Part shown: piece after piece, positions 24,898-33,714 of the stretch
Numbering within the stretch: the stretch's first letter is position 1
Layout of the letters: each line of letters begins with the position of its first letter
Source: an uncultured Methanosarcinales archaeon
Lineage (GTDB): Archaea > Nanobdellota > Nanobdellia > Woesearchaeales > SKGA01
Length of the DNA stretch: 39,038 bases
Assembly (NCBI GenBank): GCA_964603345.1
Contig: CAZRUJ010000001.1
Coordinates: forward strand, 1 to 39,038
Direction: 5' to 3'
Notes under the pieces: model-generated
The model's input: the letters and a program-made list of their open reading frames with translations, nothing else
Databases searched by the model: none
Told to the model about the DNA's origin: nothing
Translations under genes and position numbers: made by a program

Positions 24898-26916
24898 TCA
24901 TGAATCGTTATGATATATGCAAATAACCTGATATGGATCAATGTGCTCGAGAACGATTTCTTCAGAAAACAATTCGAATTGCGTGCTGGGTTGCGACCTT
25001 ACAGTACCTGATGCGCCAGAGTTCTTGAACGGGATCTCAGAGGTGCTATCGAAACCGATATGATACGAGCCTGGCTCGGAAACCCCTACGCGATAATCGA
25101 ATAATTCATTATCCGAAAGGTTGATGATACAATACCATGTTCTTTTGCTTGCTCGGGTCTTATCGCTTCGTTTGATGACAATAATCTTGTTTTTCTCATC
25201 AATATTTACATACTCCCTATATAATGTGTTCTCAGGCCAAAATGCTGGTTGTGAGCTCGTGAGCTCGTTTATGGATCGCTTGAATTCGGTCGTTCTTGCA
25301 CTATCCTCACTAGTCTTGAGAAGCTTCCACTCGATGCTCGAATCATGTTCGAAGGTGCCTGTCTGAAGCAGGAACGTCTGGATAAGATCGAGAAAACGAC
25401 CTTCACAACCCAGGGCGATAATGGCTTCCATCACCTTAATTTTTCCTATTGCATGGCGTTTGAGTGATTGTTTGCCTAATGTTAATGCGTTGTAGGCGTA
25501 CGAACCGGTTGCTCTCATCTCCATCAATCCTGCAGCAGCATCGTGATTGTGAAAGTCAGCTATCGTGCTGTTAGACCTCGTCCACACTTTCTCATCCATA
25601 ATATTTTTTATAGTCCATATGGAAATCTCATCGGCTGCTTTTGGCATGAATTCGGTATGAAAAAAATATGTCAGCCGAGAACTATTATAAGCTGTCGCAC
25701 CCAATGTCCTGTCAAAAGAATTATGGGGGGCGACAAGCAACTTAGCATTATCCCCATAGAAATAATGCGATTCAAGATGAAACAAGGTCTGCGGATCAAA
25801 TTCATAACACTGGCTGATAAGCTCTCGTAAGAACTGACGGCCGTGAGGACGTTCTTCTCCCTGCCCTGCATCACCGTACCTGAGAATACCATCAACATTA
25901 TCGATGCGAAAGCCGTCGATACGATAGGCCTGCAGGAAATGAAGAGCACTCTCGACAAGATATTGCCTGACAACATCATCTGAATTCCTGAAACGTTTTG
26001 TACCCCAAGGAGTCATATCATCAAGGAACACATCGCGACCATCTTTGTGTTTCCATAAGTGCAAGCCGACATCTTCACCCTCGAATCCGAAGATTCGATA
26101 GTCCTTGAAAGGACTGTGACTGAGTATGAGATCGCTGATAAGAGCAATACTTCTCTTATGGCATTCGTCAACAAGCAACTTGAAACTATCCGGATCGCCC
26201 CAATTCTTCTGTAAAGCGAACGGAAAAGGACTCAAATAACGGAACTTCCAATTATCCCCGTCAATCGATTGGGAGATGGGGAGAAACTGAATGGTGTTAT
26301 ATCCCAATTCCTCTATTGTATCGAGAACCCCGCACGTGGCGATAAACGTGAACAAATCAGTATCACGTTCTGCTAAAGTGGGTGAAGAAGGATCATACTC
26401 GTACCAACGAGCGACCAGACCAGGAAGGTCAGTCTGTAACACAATCGAGGGACGGTGGAGACGATCGGGTTTATCATATTCCATAACATATCCTGACGGG
26501 TCATCGAAATCCCAGAAAATACAATTACCATTATCATCGAAATACATGCTTGCAGGATCTCGCAAGAAACGGTTTCCGGATTCCCGCTTGATGAGAAACA
26601 AGTAAGGGCACTTATGATTGACAGATGAGGTGATACACTCACGAATCCCTCTATCAGAACTTAGATTGAGGCGATATGCTTCAATATCTTTTTTTTCACC
26701 CCAATTGTTGAAAGGTCCGACAAGGAAGATATCTTCATCCGGATCAGGAGCATAGCAGGTGAATCTCACTTTTTTTGCCAGACCATCTCTGGTTCTTGAC
26801 AGTACGATAGGCCCAAATCGGCGTTTGGTAGATTCTTTTCCATCGAGTTGATCACGATATAACAATGACTCCCATTGATAGTGTATCGAACGTAATGGTG
26901 GTTTATAGGATGACAT
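24898..26916 (-). CDS. GH13 alpha-amylase-family enzyme with N-terminal CBM48-like module (glucan branching/debranching type)
   Basis: The CBM48-like module is VRFTCYAPDPDEDIFLVGPFNNWGE. The GH13 regions are DLILSHS (I), GFRIDNVDG (II), FHLESHYF (III) and FHNHDAAAG (IV). The ATG at 26916 lies 12 nt after GAGAGG. The ORF-track GTG at 26925 is an alternative start. Confidence 0.7.
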   Translation of the reverse strand: MSSYKPPLRSIHYQWESLLYRDQLDGKESTKRRFGPIVLSRTRDGLAKKVRFTCYAPDPDEDIFLVGPFNNWGEKKDIEAYRLNLSSDRGIRECITSSVNHKCPYLFLIKRESGNRFLRDPASMYFDDNGNCIFWDFDDPSGYVMEYDKPDRLHRPSIVLQTDLPGLVARWYEYDPSSPTLAERDTDLFTFIATCGVLDTIEELGYNTIQFLPISQSIDGDNWKFRYLSPFPFALQKNWGDPDSFKLLVDECHKRSIALISDLILSHSPFKDYRIFGFEGEDVGLHLWKHKDGRDVFLDDMTPWGTKRFRNSDDVVRQYLVESALHFLQAYRIDGFRIDNVDGILRYGDAGQGEERPHGRQFLRELISQCYEFDPQTLFHLESHYFYGDNAKLLVAPHNSFDRTLGATAYNSSRLTYFFHTEFMPKAADEISIWTIKNIMDEKVWTRSNSTIADFHNHDAAAGLMEMRATGSYAYNALTLGKQSLKRHAIGKIKVMEAIIALGCEGRFLDLIQTFLLQTGTFEHDSSIEWKLLKTSEDSARTTEFKRSINELTSSQPAFWPENTLYREYVNIDEKNKIIVIKRSDKTRASKRTWYCIINLSDNELFDYRVGVSEPGSYHIGFDSTSEIPFKNSGASGTVRSQPSTQFELFSEEIVLEHIDPYQVICIYHNDS

Positions 26917-26960
26917 AACACTCACAAGCCTCTCTTATGAGGTCGTTGAAGAAGAAGATA

Positions 26961-26968
26961 TTTATAAA
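26961..26968 (-). promoter_or_regulatory. Candidate TATA box for the GH13 gene
   Basis: TTTATAAA (palindromic) lies about 45 nt upstream of the ATG at 26916. This leaves a short leader containing the GAGAGG SD. Confidence 0.4.
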
Positions 26969-27402
26969 AGTTCTGAACATAGGGCGGTGTCCATAATCAG
27001 TCTCGGGGGTTGTTTGCAGATTACTGTATCGACTTACATTCATCATCTCAAAACCACTTGTAAAAGGAATATTTTTCATTCATGGATCGAATGTATGTGT
27101 TTATTTTCGGTTCAGTATAAAGTGTGTTTATTTTTTTCTCAAATATTTATAACATGTATGACTGTGATGGTGATGGATAAAAATTCTGCTTTGAAAACAT
27201 TAACAAAAGTCCCAACATTATGTGGTTCTCCTTCTATTCAGGTGTGGCAACTCTACGATTTGGCACATTCCAATATTGTCAATTTTCATATCAAACAATC
27301 GGTTTGTAATCCGAAGGAATCACGACCTGAACTTGATGAAGAAATCTGAAATCACATCTAAACGAAAGCATTTCACCTGAAGATATTAGTCATAGATACG
27401 CT

Positions 27403-28950
27403 TCAAGAGGGCTGTATGCCGGAAAACTTTCGTTTCACACGATTATTTTCTGAAGTATCTTCCTGTTTCTTGCGCATGCGCATAATTTCTGCATCAAAAA
27501 AAGGGATGCTGGCCGGAAGAGCTAACGGTGAGAAATTACTGGAGATGATGGCCTCACCTTTAGAAAGAGAGGCGATGGTGCGATTATCACGGGATAAATC
27601 ATGGCTGGCGCTGTCGATGATTGCAGTCCTTTCTTGAGACATCTCCGTTCCGAGGAGTATCTTCGTATTCATGTTAGCCAAAAGTTCTTTCGGGATAAGA
27701 GAAGGCATCTGGGTGATAGCGACAATCCCTATGCCGAATTTCCGTCCTTCTCGTGCGATGCTTGCAAACACGTTAGAACCTGTCTCAAGGATTTCCCTGC
27801 CAAGCACTCGGGGAGCTTCCTCGAGAACGACGCTGATGACCGGTTTGCCGGAAACACCTTCTAACTTGTAAGACCTATATCTTGAGAAGATCTCACTTGT
27901 GATAAGGTTGGCGATGAGAAGCTCGATGGTGCCAGAAAACGGACTGGTATCAACAATGACTGTTTGTCCGTTCTCAAGTTTATCAGCAATATCACTGATG
28001 GTACTCGATCCAGCGTTTAACGAGAAGATTCCTGATTCAATGATTGAGCCTTTATGGAATCTGATCTGAAGAAGCTGAGATATGCGACGCCTGACAACTT
28101 GTAATGTGGCATCAGCATAATCATCGTTTAGACTACGATCTGAAAGAATGGCTTCAATCCAATGAGTTCCATATGATTTGAAATAACTCTGCAAGGCCTG
28201 ACGCTGGGCGCTTGAGAAACTGATAAGGGAGAAATGTTCAGGACGAAGCAAGGAAATGTTGATCTTAAACGTGCTTTGACCGACAGGGGGATGTGTGGGA
28301 GTGTAATAGGAAACATCCGAAGCACAATCAGTATCTTTCAAGCCAAAACGGTTCTTGCCATCACCATAATACTCATCGTGAGGGTCGAATACCAATGAAG
28401 CAACACCTTGCTGACGGGTCATCTCCCACAACAAGTTTTTCATGAGAACGCTTTTACCCTTTCCTGTTGTGCCCGTGATGAGCATATGATGGCTTGCCAC
28501 ATCCACTGCATCAAGACATAAAGGAATATCAAGCGTCTGCTTACCGCTTCTGAGAAGACCAAGTTTCATGCCGTCAGTGGGCAGAAAAGAGAAGTCCTCT
28601 TTAGTCACATCGCGAGCGATGGAAAATAATGGTGGGATGGTGGTCGGTCCACGAGTCGAACCATTCTCATCTATGACAAGAACAGGATTGATATGGCAAA
28701 GGATGTAATGGCGGATGTTAGCATCAAGAAAAGAAGTGTCCATGTTCTCTTCGAGATTGACTCCTGATACGAACTCGAGATTCTGGCTTGACACTTGGGA
28801 GCCATAGGAGAGATCAGAAACATGGCATAATACCTTGCGACCCTCATCCTCGATGATAAGGAGTTCGCCCAGCTCGACATCAACCGATTGCTTCTTGCGC
28901 AAGAACAGCTCGCTGACACCGCCCCTGACAATCTGACCTTTCACTACCAT
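27403..28950 (-). CDS. herA: HerA-like (DUF87, FtsK-HerA superfamily) ATPase
   Basis: The N-terminus is HAS-barrel-like (MVVKGQIVRGGVSELFL...GELLIIEDEGRKVLCHVSDL). Walker A is LITGTTGKGKSVLMKNLL. Walker B is ISVVLEEAPRVL. Confidence 0.75.
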   Translation of the reverse strand: MVVKGQIVRGGVSELFLRKKQSVDVELGELLIIEDEGRKVLCHVSDLSYGSQVSSQNLEFVSGVNLEENMDTSFLDANIRHYILCHINPVLVIDENGSTRGPTTIPPLFSIARDVTKEDFSFLPTDGMKLGLLRSGKQTLDIPLCLDAVDVASHHMLITGTTGKGKSVLMKNLLWEMTRQQGVASLVFDPHDEYYGDGKNRFGLKDTDCASDVSYYTPTHPPVGQSTFKINISLLRPEHFSLISFSSAQRQALQSYFKSYGTHWIEAILSDRSLNDDYADATLQVVRRRISQLLQIRFHKGSIIESGIFSLNAGSSTISDIADKLENGQTVIVDTSPFSGTIELLIANLITSEIFSRYRSYKLEGVSGKPVISVVLEEAPRVLGREILETGSNVFASIAREGRKFGIGIVAITQMPSLIPKELLANMNTKILLGTEMSQERTAIIDSASHDLSRDNRTIASLSKGEAIISSNFSPLALPASIPFFDAEIMRMRKKQEDTSENNRVKRKFSGIQPS

Positions 28951-28974
28951 GGAAGAAGCGAACAGACAGCCTCA

Positions 28975-28982
28975 TTAATATA
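28975..28982 (-). promoter_or_regulatory. TATA box of the HerA-like gene (near-leaderless geometry)
   Basis: The minus strand reads TATATTAA, ending 25 nt upstream of the ATG at 28950. No SD lies between them. Confidence 0.45.
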
Positions 28983-29094
28983 GTTTTTGGACGGCCAGCA
29001 AGCGGAAGCGATGATATGATGTCATGTTCCGCTTCTCACCAAATCAAAAGGGATACCCTATTTACACTTTGGTGCGGGAATATCAAAAAATCAT

Positions 29095-29910
29095 TCACAT
29101 CAGCGGATTCTGACCACCGTATTCAGCATAGAACTGCCCGTTTCTAAATGTCAAGGAATGCGTATCGTGGTTACAATTAGTTGTTCTCATCTTGACGACC
29201 TTGACTTCACGAATCTGCTTACGACGATACGATGTCAGCGAGATATAAATGATACCGTCTGACAGGAAATCCTCATTATATTCGCCAAGAGAGGAGCCGT
29301 CAACAGGAGTCTCGGAAAGCATAAACGATGTGACTGCAAGATCTCGTAAGAATTCAAAGACAAAGAACATCTCTATACGAGGATTCTTAAATTTCGATAG
29401 AGTGTATAATGCACTTAACGAATCTAACGTGAACAGATCGAGCTTCGCATCCCTTTTTATTTTCTTGACAATATTCTTGATGACATTGAGCCAGCTGCGA
29501 TTCTCATCGATCTTCAGATCACCGATCTCTTTGCGGATACAACCTACATCAACGACGATGAGCGTGCCACGGTCGCTACTATTGATCTTATCGATATCAT
29601 TTTGCAATTGGGAGAGATCCCTGATGACCACGAGATTGACCTTGGAAAGATCGTAATCCATGTTAATGATGTGATTGATGATCGACGAATACGATTGCTC
29701 CAGAGAAAGATATAATCCTGTTTTGTTTTTGTGAACTGCTTCATTGTACAGGATGTTGAATGCAAGTGACGATTTCATCGTACCAGCAGATCCTGATATG
29801 AGCGTGATGTGTCCTTTAGGAATGCCGCCCTCCAATGCTTCGTCAAAACCATTGACGTGAGTAGGAATCCTTTCAATCTCCTTCTTGTTCTTAACGATAG
29901 GTTCAGCCAT
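29095..29910 (-). CDS. Single-domain KaiC/RecA-superfamily ATPase-like protein with a non-canonical P-loop
   Basis: The KaiC-family pattern is IPTHVNGFDEALEGGIPKGHITLISGSAGTMKSSLAF, LYLSLEQS, LFTLDSLSAL and REVKVVKMRTTNCNHDTHSLTF. GAGGTG lies 6 nt upstream of the ATG. Confidence 0.7.
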   Translation of the reverse strand: MAEPIVKNKKEIERIPTHVNGFDEALEGGIPKGHITLISGSAGTMKSSLAFNILYNEAVHKNKTGLYLSLEQSYSSIINHIINMDYDLSKVNLVVIRDLSQLQNDIDKINSSDRGTLIVVDVGCIRKEIGDLKIDENRSWLNVIKNIVKKIKRDAKLDLFTLDSLSALYTLSKFKNPRIEMFFVFEFLRDLAVTSFMLSETPVDGSSLGEYNEDFLSDGIIYISLTSYRRKQIREVKVVKMRTTNCNHDTHSLTFRNGQFYAEYGGQNPLM

Positions 29911-29938
29911 ATGAGTACACCTCTTTTATATTAATTGA

Positions 29939-31183
29939 TCATTTGAATTTCAAATTATAAATTTTTCCTTGCTTGGTATTGAGAATCACACGACCGGTGC
30001 TACCAACCATTGTATGTCCTACAATACTTCCATCGACTCTATATTCGCAAAATTTTTTCCCTTCACGATTGCCTAGATCCTTATTTATCGTCTTTGAATG
30101 ATATCCTGGTTGGTTGACGATACCAGATATTCCCGGAATGTAATTGAGTTTGTATGTTCCTTCACCATCAAGGACATACAGTTTATGATCGAGACTGCCA
30201 GCAACGATCTCTAATTTACCGTCATTATCGACATCAGATATGATTGGAGTGGTAGTTACCCAGAAATCCGTTTCATACGACCAGACGAGCTCTCCTTTCT
30301 CATCAATGCAATATATGCGATTATCACAGGATCCGAAACAGATCTCCTTGTTCCCATCCTTATTGACATCGCCGATCGAAACTTCCGAAAGGATGGCGCC
30401 CCCAGTCTCGTACTTCCACAACACTTCACCATCGTAAGTGAGAGCGTACAACATATTATCGTGAGATGGGATGAGAATGGCATCATGATGCTCTCCGAGC
30501 ACAGTGCTCACTGCCCTGGCAGTGATTTTATCCCCAGTACGCACAGACCATGAAATGCTGCCATCAGGATTAAAAGCGACAAAACGACCATCCTTTAGAC
30601 CAGTCACGAGCTTATTATCAACAAATAAAGGAGTGGTCTCGACAGGAGCGCCCGCATCAATCTTGCGAAGGAGCTTTCCCTGTTCAGAAAGAATGTATAT
30701 GTGATGATCACTCGACCCTATAACAATCTCTTTCTTGCCATCACCGTCAATATCGACAATCAGAGGCATCGATCTGATAGGACCATCAGTCTTTAACTTC
30801 CACAATAGCGAACCGTTACTATCCAATGAATAGATGACGCCCAGTTCAGAACCGAAGACGATATGTTCTCTACCTTGTTTGGAAAAGAATGAGCGAGGAG
30901 TTGAATTGATGCTGTTGACAGTATCGATATCAAGAAACAATAATTCCTCGTCAGGAAGCTCTTCTTTGGAATCATACACCCACTGCACTTGACCTTTGGT
31001 ATCAAGCGAATATAACTTTCCTTCCCTAGTTCCGAACACGATACGTTCCCCACCATCATTATCTTGGATGATGACCAGGGATGAAGAAATGATGCTTCCT
31101 TTAGAATCGAAATCCCAGAGCTTATCGAGGTTTTTTGAAGACCCTCTCATCGCTTGGTGAACTGACTTGAAAAGATTTTTCAT
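29939..31183 (-). CDS. Beta-propeller repeat protein (PQQ-like / FG-GAP-like blades), no signal peptide seen
   Basis: The blades repeat: GKLYSLDTKGQVQW, VIYSLDSNGSLLW, DIDGDGKKEIVIGSSDHHIYIL, DVNKDGNKEICFGSCDNRIYCIDEKGELVW, DVDNDGKLEIVAGSLDHKLYVLD. Confidence 0.65.
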   Translation of the reverse strand: MKNLFKSVHQAMRGSSKNLDKLWDFDSKGSIISSSLVIIQDNDGGERIVFGTREGKLYSLDTKGQVQWVYDSKEELPDEELLFLDIDTVNSINSTPRSFFSKQGREHIVFGSELGVIYSLDSNGSLLWKLKTDGPIRSMPLIVDIDGDGKKEIVIGSSDHHIYILSEQGKLLRKIDAGAPVETTPLFVDNKLVTGLKDGRFVAFNPDGSISWSVRTGDKITARAVSTVLGEHHDAILIPSHDNMLYALTYDGEVLWKYETGGAILSEVSIGDVNKDGNKEICFGSCDNRIYCIDEKGELVWSYETDFWVTTTPIISDVDNDGKLEIVAGSLDHKLYVLDGEGTYKLNYIPGISGIVNQPGYHSKTINKDLGNREGKKFCEYRVDGSIVGHTMVGSTGRVILNTKQGKIYNLKFK

Positions 31184-31209
31184 AACAAGATTTGTATGAT
31201 AAGAATCCT

Positions 31210-31217
31210 TTTATAAA
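31210..31217 (-). promoter_or_regulatory. TATA box of the beta-propeller / KaiC-like transcription unit
   Basis: The palindromic TTTATAAA lies 27 nt upstream of the ATG at 31183, a leaderless geometry. Confidence 0.45.
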
Positions 31218-31388
31218 TATTTCGTCGCTTTATCCATCGATTCCAGCGATATATACAGGGATTTGAAACCACTTGAAAGGAGTTTATTTTGTGTTGCTGG
31301 TTTTGAACCTTTTGTTATCCTAACGAAGGATTTAAATACCGTTTCTTATATCATCTGCATGAAAGGATTTTTATGATGGTGTGACTGT

Positions 31389-32792
31389 ATGCAGGGAGAT
31401 ACAAACTCATTTTTCGAGGAGAATGCGATTGCGAAAGGATCTGAAAAAGTAGCTGGATCTGAGAATAAAGACTCCTTTCTCGATTTTGATGAAAAGCAAC
31501 AGGAGCAATCCCTGCACGTCAAAAAACACTATAGAAAGCTCAACAGACGATTCACAGCAAAAGAACTCCTTGACAGAATAGGGTATGGTTTCGGAGCATC
31601 ACAATTCATAACGATATTATTTTTTCTGACGGGAGCAACACCTCTTCTTGTCGGATTTATCAATGGATTCAAGGACGTGCTTGCAAGCTTGTTCTCATCC
31701 TTTCTCCAAGAATTCTCCAAAGTGAATTCCTTGAGCAAGAGATTCATATCCTCGGCAGGGATACTGTTCGGATTCAGTCTTATAGGTATTGTGCTTGCGA
31801 TACGGATGAGTTCTCCATGGACCTACGCCATCGCTTTACTTGTAGGGAGTTTCGGGATTGTGGCATATGGAGAGAGGCACCACAGGATAATAAATGCATC
31901 ACTCAGGCATGAAAGAAAATCGCTATTCCTGAAAAGAATAACTCATTACGGCTTGTTGATAACCGCACTATCTTTTTTGCTGTCAGGATACCTTCTTGAA
32001 ACATTCGGCATTGATGCAGGGACGGTATCTTTATTTGGCATGACAATACGCCTGTCAGGATATTTTCTAGCATTCGAGATAGCGGCGATCGCATTCATTT
32101 GTTCAGGATTTATACTCTCAAAAACACCATTGAACATAGGAACAAGAACATATAAGATGGAAAAATTTCTTAGGGGACATTTCAAGAAAAGTCTTCACGA
32201 GTTCAGGTACTTTCTCAATAACAAATACTTATTCATGCTATTTATAGGGGCGCTCCTGCTTTCTGTCATCGAAAGCTTGGGGGCGACTTTCTATGGATAT
32301 CACATCTTCACCTTGTTCAGGGATCAATATCTGGGGGGTTTTCTTAATGTCGCCCTGATATTCATCATCGCATTACTCATTTCGACAGCAGGTCCTTTCA
32401 TCACACGGTTTCTGGAACGCCACATAGGATTGGCCCCTATGTTTGTATTTGGAACAATGCTCATGACATTGCTCCCGTTCATTTTCATGACAAACCCTCA
32501 TTTCTATGCAGTCATAGCTGCGACATCGCTAGCGATAATAGGATCGAGCATATTAGGAGCGTCGCAAGGATTGCTGGTACAAAAACTGCTTCCGGCACAC
32601 GAGCGATCATCGTTCTTCAACTCAATAGGTGTGATTATAGCGCTTCCGTTTCTCCTCCTCGTCATTGCAGGATCGATGATTGCAATGAGTAGTTTCTTGC
32701 TACTCTTCAAGATCATGGTGATTATCTTGCTTGCAGTGGTGGCACCGCTTTATATAGCGCTTGTACTCACATCCCATAAACAAAGATTATGA
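31389..32792 (+). CDS. Polytopic membrane protein, MFS-like transporter (tentative)
   Basis: A polar N-terminus of about 55 aa is followed by about 12 hydrophobic helices with short basic loops. No diagnostic motif recognised. Confidence 0.4.
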   Translation: MQGDTNSFFEENAIAKGSEKVAGSENKDSFLDFDEKQQEQSLHVKKHYRKLNRRFTAKELLDRIGYGFGASQFITILFFLTGATPLLVGFINGFKDVLASLFSSFLQEFSKVNSLSKRFISSAGILFGFSLIGIVLAIRMSSPWTYAIALLVGSFGIVAYGERHHRIINASLRHERKSLFLKRITHYGLLITALSFLLSGYLLETFGIDAGTVSLFGMTIRLSGYFLAFEIAAIAFICSGFILSKTPLNIGTRTYKMEKFLRGHFKKSLHEFRYFLNNKYLFMLFIGALLLSVIESLGATFYGYHIFTLFRDQYLGGFLNVALIFIIALLISTAGPFITRFLERHIGLAPMFVFGTMLMTLLPFIFMTNPHFYAVIAATSLAIIGSSILGASQGLLVQKLLPAHERSSFFNSIGVIIALPFLLLVIAGSMIAMSSFLLLFKIMVIILLAVVAPLYIALVLTSHKQRL

Positions 32793-32823
32793 CTCTTATG
32801 AAATCAAATACAAGGTGACTCGC

Positions 32824-33438
32824 ATGACAGAACTCATCCCTCAAGAAGTCCTTCAAGAAGGAGAATTTGCAAAATGGGAACTAAGAGTTATCAAAGAACC
32901 CTTCTCCATGGATCTGCTCTATAAACGACTCCACGAATTCCTTATCGTCGAAGAATGGGAAGATTTGCATTCGGGAGGGGATGATTTCGAAACGAATTAT
33001 GAAGAGCACTATGGTGATGATGAAGCTTCAGATAGGATAATATGGTGGAGGGCGGCCAAATATCCTGAAATTCCAGGTGACAGGCACATCAGGCTCTATC
33101 TCAAACTGGATATCATCACCAAGTTCATGAAAGAGAAAGAAACGATGATACAAGGGAAGAAAGTGAAGCTCGATCATGGGGAGCTCAAGGTGAAATGCAG
33201 TATCTTTATGGATAGGAATAACGATCGCCACAATCCGAAAGGATGGGATAAGCATCCCATACTCAAACCTTTCAAACATTATTTCTGGAACCGGATGAAC
33301 AAAAGGATTGAAGATGCGGCGAAAGGAGAAATCCTCCAATTCTCCTCGGATCTGCACAATCTCATACAAGTCTTTACTGGAATGAGGCCTGAATCAGGAC
33401 CAAGGGATTTTGTGCCAGTCAAAGGGACAGGGAACTAA
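32824..33438 (+). CDS. Hypothetical cytoplasmic protein
   Basis: This is a long ORF with coding-like composition. The ATG at 32824 is preferred over the ORF-track TTG at 32761, which overlaps the upstream gene. No domain recognised. Confidence 0.5.
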   Translation: MTELIPQEVLQEGEFAKWELRVIKEPFSMDLLYKRLHEFLIVEEWEDLHSGGDDFETNYEEHYGDDEASDRIIWWRAAKYPEIPGDRHIRLYLKLDIITKFMKEKETMIQGKKVKLDHGELKVKCSIFMDRNNDRHNPKGWDKHPILKPFKHYFWNRMNKRIEDAAKGEILQFSSDLHNLIQVFTGMRPESGPRDFVPVKGTGN

Positions 33439-33714
33439 TTCATTCTTTTGTTCTTGTTTTCAGCTTTTCAGAAACATTGACTTCAGGAAAGAAGGCGCCG
33501 GTAAAACCAAGTTATCACAAATCATGGTCTCGATCTGACCAATGTATTTGATTGTCTGGTTACTAGGATCATCACGGACTTCAGAATCATTGCACACAGG
33601 ACATATGCGACTATATTCTCCGTTTCCATGACGTCTCAACAATACCATCTCCATTCTTTTCCGATGCAGGAACAATAACACTTAAGTAATCAATGATATT
33701 AATGTATTGTGAAC

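Noticed and set aside
27080-27095. GGATCGAAT, superficially like a tRNA T-loop, and a CGG..CCG stem near 27299-27318
   Set aside because: No complementary T-stem, acceptor stem or D-arm could be built around either element, and the loop sizes are wrong for an anticodon arm. I found no tRNA gene in any intergenic region of the window.
26987-27349. 120-aa ORF on the + strand in the AT-rich spacer
   Set aside because: It has a GTG start without an SD and a Cys/Phe/Ile-rich composition typical of translated AT-rich non-coding DNA. It also runs head-on between two minus-strand genes. I could not exclude it completely.
33460-33681. 73-aa minus-strand ORF between the hypothetical gene and mre11 (contains CPVCN)
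   Set aside because: It has only one CxxC and no recognisable fold, its start is ambiguous (three in-frame Met), and no promoter or SD is evident. It may be a real small protein, but I cannot support it.
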